Source of the DNA: Chrysomallon squamiferum
Lineage: Eukaryota > Animalia > Mollusca
Direction: 5' to 3'
Length of the DNA: 64,000 nt
NCBI GenBank assembly: GCA_012295275.1
Contig: CM022674.1
Span: 4,650,001-4,714,000 of the forward strand
In this document: positions 1 through 12,432 of the stretch, piece by piece
Position numbering within the stretch: the stretch's first letter is position 1
How the letters are laid out: every line of letters begins with the position of its first letter
Translations under genes and position numbers: made by a program
Notes under the pieces: generated by a model
Databases searched by the model: none
The model's input: the letters and a program-made list of their open reading frames with translations, nothing else
What the model was told of the DNA's origin: nothing

Positions 1-2830
1 AGAAATAATAAAAAAATGTGTGTAAATGAAGAGTAGTTTTTCAGTAGTTCTTAATAAATTAAAAATAAAAACTAGCTGAACAGTAAATTGCGAAATCTGT
101 TAATCAACTCATTATGAACAATTTTTTTTTTTTTTTTTTTTTATTATTATTATTAAAATGAAATTATCAAATCTTTCATTTAAATAAAATTAAGAACTGA
201 AAAATATTGAAATAAAAAATACGTATAAATGTCAATAAAAAAAAATTTGAGGAAACAATCAAAATAAACATTAAAAAAATATGAATAATTAAAAAAAAAA
301 AAAATTAAAAATGTGAGATAAATATACCTACTAAAATATAAAAATTGGCTTTGATAAGTGAAAATCATGGTGCTCTTTACAAATGAACAAACCAAATGTA
401 TATCAAAAACTAAACTCATGCTCTCTGCTTCATGCCGGGCCAGTTTAGAAGTGATAATAAACAGTTTGTCATTGCCAAGTTTCCTTTGAAAATGTGCCAA
501 AACAAAGACTTTTTAGCGATATAAAAAAAAAAAAAAAAAAAATGTATCCCAAATGTAAATTAAATGACACTGAAAAATCAGATAAAATGTATGTGATTAT
601 CTTTTTATATACATGACTGTAAAGTTATTTGTGTATTTTCTACAACTTGTTTTAGTCTTTTGCATCGGTTCCATTGATAAAAACTAATCTGTATAATGTT
701 GAATCAAACTTTATTGACAATGTTATTGGTTTATTTTTAATATTTATAAATTTGACACCAGTTAACTGTTACCATAAGAATGTGTTGAATTTGTATTTTA
801 TTAAATAAATACTGGCTTATTTTAGAAATAGAAAATAACCTGTCAATGATGTTCAGATTACAATTTAATAAATACAAAAATTTATTATCAGACTAATTTC
901 ATTTTTGAGAAAAATGAAAAAACAAAGGAAGTACATTGGTTCCGTTTGATATTTAAAACAGAACTCTGGACAAATATGATTTGCTTATCAATTTAATCAC
1001 TTTTATATTTCACAGTATTTTCAGCAACTGTATTGAAATTACAAGAAATTTAAAACTGATTGCAAACATCCCAAAGACATGATGAATATTCATACAACTT
1101 GGCAATGATGTTGTTATTCTGTTTCATTTGGAGAACTAAAACTACCTCCAATTTGTTTTTTCTTTTAACAAATCTAAAGTATTTATTACCTTTCTTATTT
1201 TATTTATTTGAACGAGATTTAATATTTGATTTTACCAGTATTAATTAGTATTTTGCTTGTTAATTCATTTATTTTTTTGTTATTTTTTTATTAGTCAATT
1301 TTTAATCTATCACTTTATTTAAATTTTTCTGAATACACTGCACATGAATTTTTAACAAACCTGTTACATCACGTTTTCTTCACAAATAATAATGCTAAAT
1401 AAATTATAAAAATACAAATAAGGCAGTAATTTTATTATTACATTACCATCATCAAAAGTAGACATTTTATACCAGCTAGATTTTAGGACAAGAACCCACC
1501 GAAAAGTCAGTTCTTAACAATAGTTTTTTATTGTTGTTATTTACAGTTTTGGTAGTTTTTTTTTTGTTGATATCATCACTTCTCTTCTGGCCCGTGTTGT
1601 AAAGTGTGTGTGGTGTCACAGGAAGGAAATTATAAGTCTGTTGTATATATTGTCTTCCTGTCAATAAAGCTTACCACACTAATATTGTGTTTTTGTTGTT
1701 CTTCCTGCTGCTGCTATTTCTTAAACTTGTACATGCCTGATAAGATTTTAGCGTTTAAACAGATTTGAATGATCATGATAAATTAATTTTAAAATGTTTT
1801 GTACTCAGTTGGATTCTTAACGATTAGATATGGCTAATTCAAGTATAGCTCCAGTTACCTCCCTTATCAATTCTAAAAATATTAGTTTTATATAAATGTT
1901 TACAGTAAATTGTAAAGTATTGATATTTTCATATTTAATTAAATAAATCATTAAACAAAGAGAATTAAATTTTCTGGTCATAAATTGTAATTTCTTTTTG
2001 CTTCATCGACGTGTCAGTGTATCCATTTTCGGGTTAATTTCTGGTTAACTGAAATATTGTGTCTTTACTGAAATAAAATAAATTAATATTATATTTCCTG
2101 AAAGTGCGTATTGAGAGCTGTTCTCAATGATGACAAACTCATATTTACGTAAAACATTTTTATTGGATACAAAATGTCAAATTTAATAATAATTAAAAAC
2201 AAAAATAGTGGCATGTCCATGAGTAGTCAGTGTTTAGCAGCCTTTTCAGTATTGAGTAATACTGAGTCTTCATTCTCCTCCTTTGCACTTTCCTTCTGAA
2301 AATAAATAAATAAAGTAACATAAGTAAATTATTAGTAGGCTTAAATGAAGGTAATGAGTTAAAACAATGCTGATCATATCAGGATGTCGAATACTGGTAT
2401 AAATGTACATGTGTGGAGACCAACAAGCAGAAAAATACAGACGCAATGCGAAAAGAAGACGACAGATAGCCAGTAAAGACATAATTATGAGACGGTCAAC
2501 TAAAAATACAGACAGAGGGATGGCTAATGAAATAGAAATAAATAAATGCAAAAACACATTGATCGTATGAAAGATAGAGAGACAGAAAGACAGACGAAGC
2601 TACATGGAGATAAAAAGGAGATAATGAGATGTGCCAATAAGACAGTTTAAGTACACACATCTGATAGTAAAATCTACCAACCTCAGCACAAATCCAATAT
2701 TTCAGAGCTGTCATCGTCTTCCTGTTGCTGATCAGTATTTACGCTTTCACCATTTTCAACACCTACAGCAGCAATTTAAATAAATAAATCAACAAACAAA
2801 CAAACAAATAAAAATAAATAAATAAACAAA

Positions 2831-2910
<80 letters not shown>

Positions 2911-3471
2911 CAAAAAATAAAAACAAATTATCAGTAATAACAAAAATAAAAATAGCATCCAAGTTAGAAACATATTCAAAAAGAGACAGCAAACAGGTAG
3001 AAATCGGGTAAACAGTCGAACTGACGTCCAGAAAGTGGAGAATGAAAGAAGAAAGAAACAGTCAGACTAACGGAAAGACACAAATCCTTCCAGAGAAAAA
3101 AATAGATATGGGGATGAAATTATTATTTTATCATAAACAAATTAATCATCGTACAGAAAAATTTAGATAGATAGAATATGAAAGACAGACGAAGTGCATG
3201 GGTGGAAAGATAGACACAGATAATGAGATACACCGATACGACAGTTTAAGTATGAGAGACAAAGAAACACTATTAAAACCCACCGTTTCCGCCGTTGTGG
3301 GAGTCATTATCTGCCTCAGAAACGTCTTGGTTTTGTTGCACATCAGCAGCAACGTTTTGATCTGCTTCAACACTCAGAGCTAGAAATAAATACAAAAAAT
3401 GATTAGCAATAAGAGAAAAAAAAATATTAGTTTATCAAGGAGAAATTAATCATTGCTCAGAAATATTAACA

Positions 3472-3526
<55 letters not shown>

Positions 3527-3625
3527 CAACAACAAACAAAACAACCAACAACAACAACAACAACAGTGTGTCTAAAAATAATATTTCAGTTCATTTATGC
3601 AGCCTCAATAGACCTACTTTGTGAT
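1..3625. repeat. Segmental duplication, paralogue of ~21340-25340
   Basis: Long near-identical stretches, e.g. 330-520 vs 21600-21790, 940-1270 vs 22180-22510, 1430-1800 vs 23200-23570 and 2070-3620 vs 23860-25340. Confidence 0.9.
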
Positions 3626-3858
3626 ACTCACAAGGAAATGGTAAATTTCTATTTGTCAGCTCCGTGTTAAGTATTTCTACGGCTCCTGTCTCATTGGCAC
3701 TGTATAACGCACGATAAAAATCGCCAAAGGCTCTAGAGCCTCTTCCTGGTAAAATCTCGAGAAGTTTTCTTATTCTGTTACTCCGTGTAGATACCGCCTG
3801 TAATTTTTATTTTTTGAAAAGATAATAATTATAACAACAACAACAACAAAAACAACAG

Positions 3859-3921
<63 letters not shown>

Positions 3922-3968
3922 TAACAATAATAATAATAATGATGATGATGATGATGATGATGAGAATG

Positions 3969-4009
<41 letters not shown>

Positions 4010-4416
4010 AATAATAGTAATAATAACAACAACAACATCAAACATTAAAATATCATTACAAAAAGATTAGAAATTCTCACACTAGAAAATCATAATTATG
4101 TGCATCGACACTGTATCTAAATTGCTTTGCATAGTGCCAGGACATTTATGAACTAGAGAAGGATGAAAAAAATAAACAAAACCTTCAAACTTGTACATGA
4201 CATCGTATACATAATACACACAGATGCGTTTTCATTTTTTTCATGTTTTCTTATTTATTTTATTTTTTATTTTTTTTCTACCTGGATAACCTCTAGATGT
4301 TCTTCAGTGATTGTTTTACTGGAAAGAAGGTAATCAAGTACACTTTCTACATTCGTAATGGTGTTAACAAGGACTGGACGACGTTCCCTGAGTATCTCTG
4401 TGAATCCAGGATTCAT
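2683..4416 (-). CDS. CARD-only protein 1 (CARD + acidic tail, ~158 aa, 4 coding exons: 4416-4282, 3797-3632, 3379-3284, 2762-2683)
   Basis: Exons have canonical AG/GT boundaries and matching phases (0,1,1), and splice to a 477-nt ORF. Translation: MNPGFTEILRERRPVLVNTITNVESVLDYLLSSKTITEEHLEVIQ|AVSTRSNRIRKLLEILPGRGSRAFGDFYRALYSANETGAVEILNTELTNRNLPFP|SLSVEADQNVAADVQQNQDVSEADNDSHNGGN|GVENGESVNTDQQQEDDDSSEILDLC*. The vLDyLl..I.eE.E.I and LLeiLP.rG..AF..F..aL patterns are typical of caspase-2/RAIDD/caspase-9-like CARDs. An acceptor 2 nt before the ATG implies an upstream non-coding exon. A further acceptor at 2295 probably starts a 3'UTR exon. Confidence 0.8.
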
Positions 4417-4754
4417 TTCTTGAAAAATAGAATTAATTACAACAATAATCATCAAATCTTAACAAGAATTGTACTTTATGCAGTTTCAGTTGAGATTTAT
4501 TTTATGTTGGTTTTTCGAATACGATACATATCATTTCGTGTGCACACCATTAAAAAACATACAAAAAGAAAGGAAAACACGCATTAAAAGACTGAAAGTA
4601 AATAGTTAATTCTGCAGAGATCCCAAAAATAGAGCATCTTTCAGCAATTCAGCAAGGATATATAATTATTTTATAATCTGAATAGCCAATAACTGAACAT
4701 GTAAAAATATAGGTGGCTTATACCAGGAATTGTTATTATTAGTAGTATTATTAT

Positions 4755-4786
<32 letters not shown>

Positions 4787-5244
4787 TTATTATTATTATT
4801 ATTTAAATACCCCAATTTACATCATTTTGGCCTACGTCGAACTTGCCTTTGAGCAATTTTCTCTAAACTAAATTTCAGATCAGCGAACGTCATTGTGTCA
4901 ACCACTATCTCCGCACGTTACATCATAAAAAGAATGAAAAATAAAAGTTCATTTAAAAGAAGTAAAATCCATAAAATTATTCAATTCCTTAATGATAGTT
5001 TTAGTCCCGCAGACAAACGCCATATTTGTGCTACACCTCGTTTTGGAGTCTTAAAGTTTTGCTTAGTGCTGATTATAAAATTTTAAGACATATTTACTGA
5101 GAAAATGCAGAGTGACATCTTTTCACCTTGACCTTAATGTGGCCATCACTGAATCGGAAAAATCTATTTGCCTCTTACCTTAATGTCTTGATAAGATAGA
5201 AACATAAAGTAAAAGTATTTTAATGTGTTTTCAGTCATATCATA

Positions 5245-6375
5245 TCGAATGCAGATATGAATGTTTCCTAAGTAAAACGCAAATAATAATCATAATAATA
5301 ATAAAAATCAAGATGGCCACCAGATGACATTCATTGCAAAAAATGCACTTTCTCAGTGAGCTATAATTGTACAAACTTTTGGGGCATCTTGTCCATTTTT
5401 CAGGTGCTTTCTCTAGCAGTTCTATTTACATTTAATAAAATGAGCTATTATATTTCGTAGCATTTACAATGTGACCTTCGGCTTCTGAATATAATACACA
5501 TTCAACACCTAAAGATCTCTCAGCTGACTTCGATCCCAACATCAGTTTACAAAGAAACAGGAGACATTCAAAAGCTAAATCTGTGTTGAAGAAGCAACTG
5601 AAAGCTGATGTCATCCAGATATGCTTCAAACAGAGAGGAAGCTGCAAAAAGGAGATTTGGATGCGAGAGTGGCATTCCTTATTCAGAAGTGGTAGCTGAG
5701 AGCTTCTCTGTCTTGCACGATGTTCTATGCTTGTCACGATGGAAATTGCTACAAGAAACTTTCAGTTGCAGAGTCAAGTTCCTAATGATCCAAACTAGAA
5801 TGTACCTGTAACAGCATACATATATGTTTAGAGGGAGTGAACCAGCAAGGCTTTTGTCTTCTTTTCTTTCCTTCTTCTTTGAGTTGAGAAGAAATCTATC
5901 ATAGTCTCATGCATCGTTGTTACCGATGCACTTCAAAAATGAAATATTATTTTTATTTACATACTAGTCACCGGCCTATACCTAACATAATAATATATAT
6001 AGAAATACAGTACACTACAATATTTCTTTTTCTTATTTTATTTTATTTTTATTTTTATTTTTTACGTATCAGTCAATGGCCTATGCCTAACATGTTAATA
6101 TATATAAGTACAGTACTCTTTAATAATTAAATATTTTTGGTATACATATTAGTCACTTGCCTATGCTTAACATGATGATGTATACAGCGTATTAAAGACA
6201 CAGAGTACTTTAATCTAAATTAAAAACCGAATTACATTTTCTTCTGGAAAGAACTAAAGGAATAGGACGCGATGCCTTGTACATGTTAAAACTTTGTATG
6301 ATGGATATTTTAAAAAGTGGAATTCATCTTCTGTCTACAGATAAGCATGCATCGGACCTTCTCTTTCTGATTTCA
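5245..6375. repeat. Segmental duplication, paralogue of ~10850-11868
   Basis: Colinear high identity from ATGCAGATATGAATGTTTCC to TTCTCTTTCTGATTTCA. Confidence 0.9.
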
Positions 6376-8299
6376 GACGACACACAGAATTTAAAAACAA
6401 AACTAATTCTCTACTGTAATCGTAAATTTCATAAGGAAACCGTCCAAAATGTCACAGTTTTAAATATGTAGTATATTTAAATCTATCAGGTCAAAGGACA
6501 TAGATGGAAACATCACATTTTTTTTTTTTTTTTTTTTTTAATTTTGTTTAAAAAGTCGTCGAATTTATTTTATTTTATTTTATTTTATTTTTCCTTTGTG
6601 GTGTTTTAGCCTTTATTTCACCTAATCTGTATGATTTAGCAATGACAGCAAAAAATGTCCTGTATTTCCTTTCACTTTCAAGACAATCAAATGAAAGTTG
6701 ATGATAATTACATTGAACTATAAGCGTGCTATCAGCAATTTAGAATAATCAAATAAATATTGTTTAAAAGAAGCAACAGAAATCACAAGTTGTTTTATAA
6801 ATATGGACATCGTCCGATGAAATCGTTATTTTAGATTTAAGAATGACAACGTGGTTCAGGAAATAACTATCTGTTCAGAAATCGTTAATGAATGGCAATC
6901 AAGAAGACAGAGACCAGTAAATTCACAATGTATATTAACTCAAATGTTATTCTGGTCTTATTATAAAAGTCTTATAAAATTTGTTCGAAACATAATGGTT
7001 TAATGGTTATTTTCATTGAACTTCATTCGCCATTACGCTCTATCGGAATGATAGCGACGCGGTTCACAAGTTCAAAACCTACCTTAACAGATATACAATT
7101 CAGTGAAATTTCTTCAGTTTCTAGTGGAAATGTTGCAGAGATTAATTAATTCAAACCGTAGGCTGATTGATGTGTTTTGATCGGTTGAATGTGAGCAAAC
7201 ATTTTATAATCGAACGAATCACACAAAAAAATGACGTAAGCAAAATTCTCGTTAGTAACAATACCTGTAATAATCAGGTAAAGACGTACCAATTGTGTCG
7301 AGTTGTGCTGTTTCACTTTCTTTTTCAACAATAACTGAAAAAATAGATCACCGCATTATTAATGTTGATGTTTGTAAATAATATTCTACAAGTTAATTTA
7401 TTTTAAAAGCTGATCATACCTGTCTTACCTGCAAAGTGTAAAAGTTACCCGAAAACGAAACAGGAATTTCATAATAGTTATTAATAGTCGGACGAAAGAT
7501 CACGGATTTTAACGATTTTATCCGAAGATATAAGAAACTACCTTCTCCGTTTTATTATTATTATTATTTTTTTTTTTTATAATTTTTTTTTTTTTTTTGT
7601 TGTTGTTTTGTTCATACCTTTATGGGATAACAGTGAGGCGTTACTACCGATGTTTATATTATTTACTATTATTATTATTATTATTGCTGCTGTTGTTGTT
7701 CCTAGTGTTTCTATTATTTATATGTTGATATTGTTATCGTTATCGGTGATGTCGTTATTGTTATTGTTGTTGTTAGTCGCTGTTCGTGCAGACTTTTACA
7801 TATTTTGTCAGACATTACAAATTATTTTACAATTTCATTACTCTTGCTACTACTATTATTTCTATTTCTGTTACTAACTGTTAATACTACTACTACTAGT
7901 ACTACTATTACTACTACTATTACTACTACTACTACTACTACTGCTACTATTACTGTTACTATATTAATACCAATACTACTAACATTGTATTACAGCTACT
8001 GATATTACTATTACTGCAGCTAGTATTACTATCACTTTATTAGTAAGGTTATGTTAAAATAGCTTTGTAAGACCATTGCTTGCAGTATAAACGGGTTGGG
8101 GGAAAAGTAACAATAATAATAATAATAATAATAATAATAAGGGTACAAAACAGTCATTCGAAAAAATAAATAAATTAAAAATAAATAAAATAAATAGTGA
8201 ATTAAATATTACTACAAAGAAAAACAATAACAATAATAGCAACCAAAAACGCTGTAATAATAACAATAAATAAATCAACCAATCAATAAGATTAATTGT

Positions 8300-8710
8300 T
8301 TGGTTTTCTGATGTACTGCAAATTTCACTTGAACCATGTCCAGTTAGGTAAACCTAGCGCTGAATGTGAATGACCTGTTTTGAACAGGCGTTGTTGCCTC
8401 GTTTCCGTTAACCAATAGGATGAACTGTTATTCTCAAGCGATGTCAATTAATTGGTGTTGATTGGCAAGCTGACCGTAACAGATGAAATTTTGAGGGAAC
8501 AAAGAGAAACATTTGAACTCTAACCCATGCTTTTGTTTATCGAGTATATTCAGTAAGTATATTAGTGTTTATTGGTTAGCGCACGTGATAGATTTATTCC
8601 GACTACTGATCACCAGCGAGAAGACATCAGTCCAGTTTCATTCAAAAAGCAAGACAAGTGTTTAGACTTCGCTCGTGTGAAACTGATCGTACTGATAACG
8701 TCTCGTTAGG
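8300..8710 (+). promoter_or_regulatory. Duplicated copy of the 32.4-32.9 kb promoter block (further copies at ~10180-10620 and ~18050-18820)
   Basis: Clear colinear homology (TGCCTCGTTTCCGTTAACCAAT..., GCTCGTGTGAAACTGATCGTACTG). Contains CCAAT/ATTGG boxes and CACGTG at 8582. GTAAGT donors lie at 8553, 10462 and 18595. Confidence 0.5.
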
Positions 8711-8834
8711 TGTACAGCCGACTGTTGACAGTGCAGTGTGATGCAGTGATTCGTTCCAGGATTTTACCTGATTTTATTTATTTAATAATAAATAATACAC
8801 CCTAGTGTGGGGCTAATTGTTACAGATTGCATAT

Positions 8835-8835
<1 letters not shown>

Positions 8836-8889
<54 letters not shown>

Positions 8890-8903
8890 CATCATCATCA
8901 TCA

Positions 8904-8964
<61 letters not shown>

Positions 8965-8966
8965 CA

Positions 8967-9001
<35 letters not shown>

Positions 9002-9020
9002 GTTATTATTATCATCATCA

Positions 9021-9075
<55 letters not shown>

Positions 9076-9110
9076 CATCATCATCATCATCATGATCATC
9101 ATTATTATTA
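8836..9110. repeat. Compound (ATT)n/(ATC)n microsatellite, representative of many trinucleotide arrays (also ~2830-2910, 3830-4040, 44420-44480, 44740-44850, 52140-52280, 55260-55650, 63335-63450)
   Basis: Directly visible. Confidence 0.95.
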
Positions 9111-9216
9111 TTTATTTATTTATAAATATTCTCCTTAATATTTTTTCAGTTCACAAAACTGACATATTTATCTTAATATATATATATATATATATATATA
9201 TCTTTTCTTAACTCAG

Positions 9217-9623
9217 AAATGAGTCAACATCAACACGAACTGTTTCTACAGGGAGAGAAGCTGGTATTCTTTCTCCACGGTGATGCCAGAAAGGAAGACA
9301 ACCCGAAGGTGTTCAGACTGGCTGAATGGAGATGGCACACACACCAGGTGAACTTCAGAGCATTACAAGATTGGTGTTGAATCTCCAGATGTAAGTGTTT
9401 TCATAGGAAATTTCCTAGAGTTGTTGCTTCACATGTTATAGATAAGAGGATCAAACCTTAGCACCACAACTTGACACACCAATGGCTATTGAATGAAAAT
9501 CATTATCATTTCACAAAGATAATTTTTAGTTAATGTTTAATCATTTTTTCTCTTTCCTTGTTTTTCCTAGATAGTTATAATTTCTTCTTCTTCTTCTTCT
9601 TCTACTGCTTCTTCTTCTTCTTC

Positions 9624-9674
<51 letters not shown>

Positions 9675-9772
9675 TTATTATTATTATTTATTAGTAATAA
9701 TGAATAATCTACAACCAGATTACAGGTGAGGCTGTATAGTGATGGGAAGTTACTGATACCTGACAAAACAAA
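9217..9772 (+). pseudogene. CLSTN: Calsyntenin pseudogene fragment (LamG-region exon 9217-9390, frameshifted, and truncated exon 9726-~9772)
   Basis: Reads MSQHQHELFLQGEKLVFFLHGDARKEDNPKVFRLAEWRWHTHQV, then a frameshift, then EHYKIGVESPD|VRLYSDGKLLIPDKT. This matches from memory the calsyntenin LamG segment MNRHHYSLYVHGCRLIFL..PAEFHWKLNQV..WHHY..VEFP.VTLY.DG. The AG and GTAAGT splice sites are intact. Confidence 0.75.
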
Positions 9773-11879
9773 TTTATTTTATTTGTTTCTGTGTTTTTTT
9801 TTTTCAAAATTCAACAGAAAAAATAAAATAATAATTTAATAGTCGGACGAAAGATCACGGATTTTAACGATTTTATCCGAAGATATAAGAAACTACCTTC
9901 TCCGTTTTTTTTTTTTTTTTTTTTTTGTTCATACCTTTATGGGATAACAGTGAGGCGTTACTACCGATGTTTATATTATTTACTATTATTATTATTATCA
10001 TTGTGGTTGTTGTTGTTGTTTTTGTTGATGTGTTGTTGTTACTACTGTTTCTATTATTTGTCTGTCGATATTGTTATCGTTATCACTGATGACGTTATTA
10101 GCAACAAAAAACGCTGCAATAATAACAATAAAATAAATACGACGATTAAGATTTTGTTTTTCTGATATACTGCAAATTTCATTCTACTGTCTACTAAAAA
10201 CAATTTTCAAAATCTATATACGAGCCACACACATCACTTGAACCATGTGCAGATAGGTAAAGCTAGCGGTGAACATGAATGACCTGTTTTGAACAGGCGT
10301 TGCTGCCTCGTTTCCATTAACCAATCGGATGAATTGTTGTTCTAAAGCGAAGTCGGGTAGCTGGTGTTGATTGGCAAGCTGACCGTAACAGATTACATTT
10401 TGAGCGAACAAAGAGAAACATTTGAACTCTAACCCATGCTTTTGTTTGTCGAGTATATTCAGTAAGTATATCAGTGTTTATTGGTTAGCGCACGTGATAG
10501 ATTTATTTCCACTACTGATCACTAGCGAGAAGGGATCAGTCTTTTTTCTTTCAAAAAGCAAGACAAGTGTTTACATTTCGCTCGTGTGAAACTGATCGTA
10601 CTGATAACGTCTCGTTAGGTGTACAGCCGACTGTTGACAGTGTAGTGCGATGCAGTGATTCGTTCCAGGATTTTACCTGATTTTATTTATTTAATAATAA
10701 ATAGTACACCCTAGTGTGAGGCTAATTGTTACGGTACAGATTGCATATGTATTATTATTATTATTATTATCATTATTATGATTATTATTATTATCATCAT
10801 CATCATGATCATCATTATTATTATTTATTTATTTATTAATATTCTCCATATGCAGATATGAATGTTTCCTAAGTAAAACGCAAATAATAATCATAATAAT
10901 AATAAAAATGAAGATGGCCACCAGATGTCATTCGTTGCAGAATATGCACTTTCTCAGTGAGTTATAATTGTACAAACTTTACTGCATCTTGTCTATTTTT
11001 CATGTGCTTTCTCGAGCAGTTCAATTTACATTTAATAAAATGGGTTTTGATATTTCGTAGCATTTACAAGGTGACCTTTGGCTTCTGAATATAATACACA
11101 TTCAACACCTGAAGATCTCTCAGCTGACTTCGATCCCAACATCAGTTTACATCAGGAGACATTCAAAAACTAAATCTGTGTTGAAGAAGCAACTGAAAGC
11201 TGATGTCATCCAGATATGCTTCAAACACAGAGGAAGCTGCAAAAAGGAGATTTCGATGCGAGAGTGGCATTCTTTATTCATAAGTGGTAGCTGAGTGCTT
11301 GTCTGTCTTGTACGATTCCAGTGCTTTTCACGATGCAAATTGCTACAAGAAACTTTCAGTTGCAGAGTCAAGTTCCTAATCATCCCAAATAGAATTTACC
11401 TGTAACAGCATATATATATATATGCTTAGAGGGATCGAACCAGCAAGGTTTTTCTCTTCTTTTCTTTTCCTTCTTATTTAATTTGAAAACAAATCTATCA
11501 TAGTCTCATGCGTCGTTGTAATAAATGAACTTCTGTAAAGTAATATTTTTTTTATTTACATGTTAGTCATCGGTCTATACCTAACATGAGAATATATATA
11601 AATAGAGTACACTTCAATAAGTAAATATTTGTTGTATACATACTGGTCACTGGCCTATGCCTAACATGATGATGTATAAAGCGTATTAAAGAAACACACT
11701 ACTTTAATCTAAATTAAAAACCGGAATACATTTTCTTCTGGAAAGAATTAAAGGAATAGGACGGGTTATCACTATGCATGGTAAAACTTTGTATAATGGA
11801 TATTTTAAAAAGTGGAATTCATCTTCTGTCTACAGATAAGCATGCATCTGACCTTCTCTTTCTGATTTCACACAACCCG

Positions 11880-12377
11880 AAACACTTAACGTGTAGTTTC
11901 TGAGGTGGAAATCACCACAGAAACTGAGGCCTATGCCGGTCTCTGGCAAAATGCGCAAATTGCCAGGGGCCACACGAATCACACTACAAGATGTGCCCAG
12001 CCAAAATAAAAGCAACGAACTATTTTGAGCACAACAGGAGAGATAACAAAATTTTAGAAAACGTCAAGAAAAAATGCCAGGAAATCGAACAAAAAACCAA
12101 AACCATTATAGAAACAAAAATTGATCAACACAACAACAGACCAAAAGACAATCTCGACAAGGAGGTCAGGATTGCAGAAATCCACAAAATTATTGTCTGC
12201 CTCCTGATTGAGCTTCAGAACATCAGGACCAATAAAGGAAACACAAATGATGACGCCAATTTGGAGCAGACAGTAGACCAGATAATTGAAGACAGCTTGG
12301 GATTCAAGATAGACACACACGACAAAAGAGTAAAACTACACACAGACAGGAGAAATCCTACAAACACAAAACAGTAA
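11880..12377 (+). pseudogene. LINE ORF1 (gag-like) C-terminal remnant
   Basis: KHLTCSF*GGNHHRN*GLCRSLAKCANCQGPHESHYKMCPAK shows second and third CCHC-type knuckles, the former with stops. It continues into ORF 11991-12377. Confidence 0.75.
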
Positions 12378-12432
12378 ACAAAAACAAAACAAAACAAACA
12401 GTAACAACCATTTACAAACTGTTCACGATAAG

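Larger units (their letters stand above)
7256..9772. repeat. Segmental duplication, paralogue of ~16947-19920, partly of ~9840-10845, and more distantly of ~30340-32930
   Basis: Shared unique blocks occur in the same order, separated by variable microsatellites. Confidence 0.85.

Noticed and set aside
1-2295. Caspase or other effector-domain exons downstream of CARD-1
   Set aside because: I found no QACRG-like or other coding signal on the minus strand. The region is AT-rich and UTR/intron-like.
8782-9211. Poly-I/L/Y/H, (ER)n, (LS)n, (MYVC)n and (HTYI)n ORFs here and throughout 39-63 kb
   Set aside because: These are translations of microsatellites with no splice or compositional support.
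10214-10411. Recurring minus-strand peptide IRLVNGNEA in ORFs 10214-10411 and 18106-18312
   Set aside because: The recurrence is explained by segmental duplication. Frames shift between copies, which fits a non-coding promoter block.
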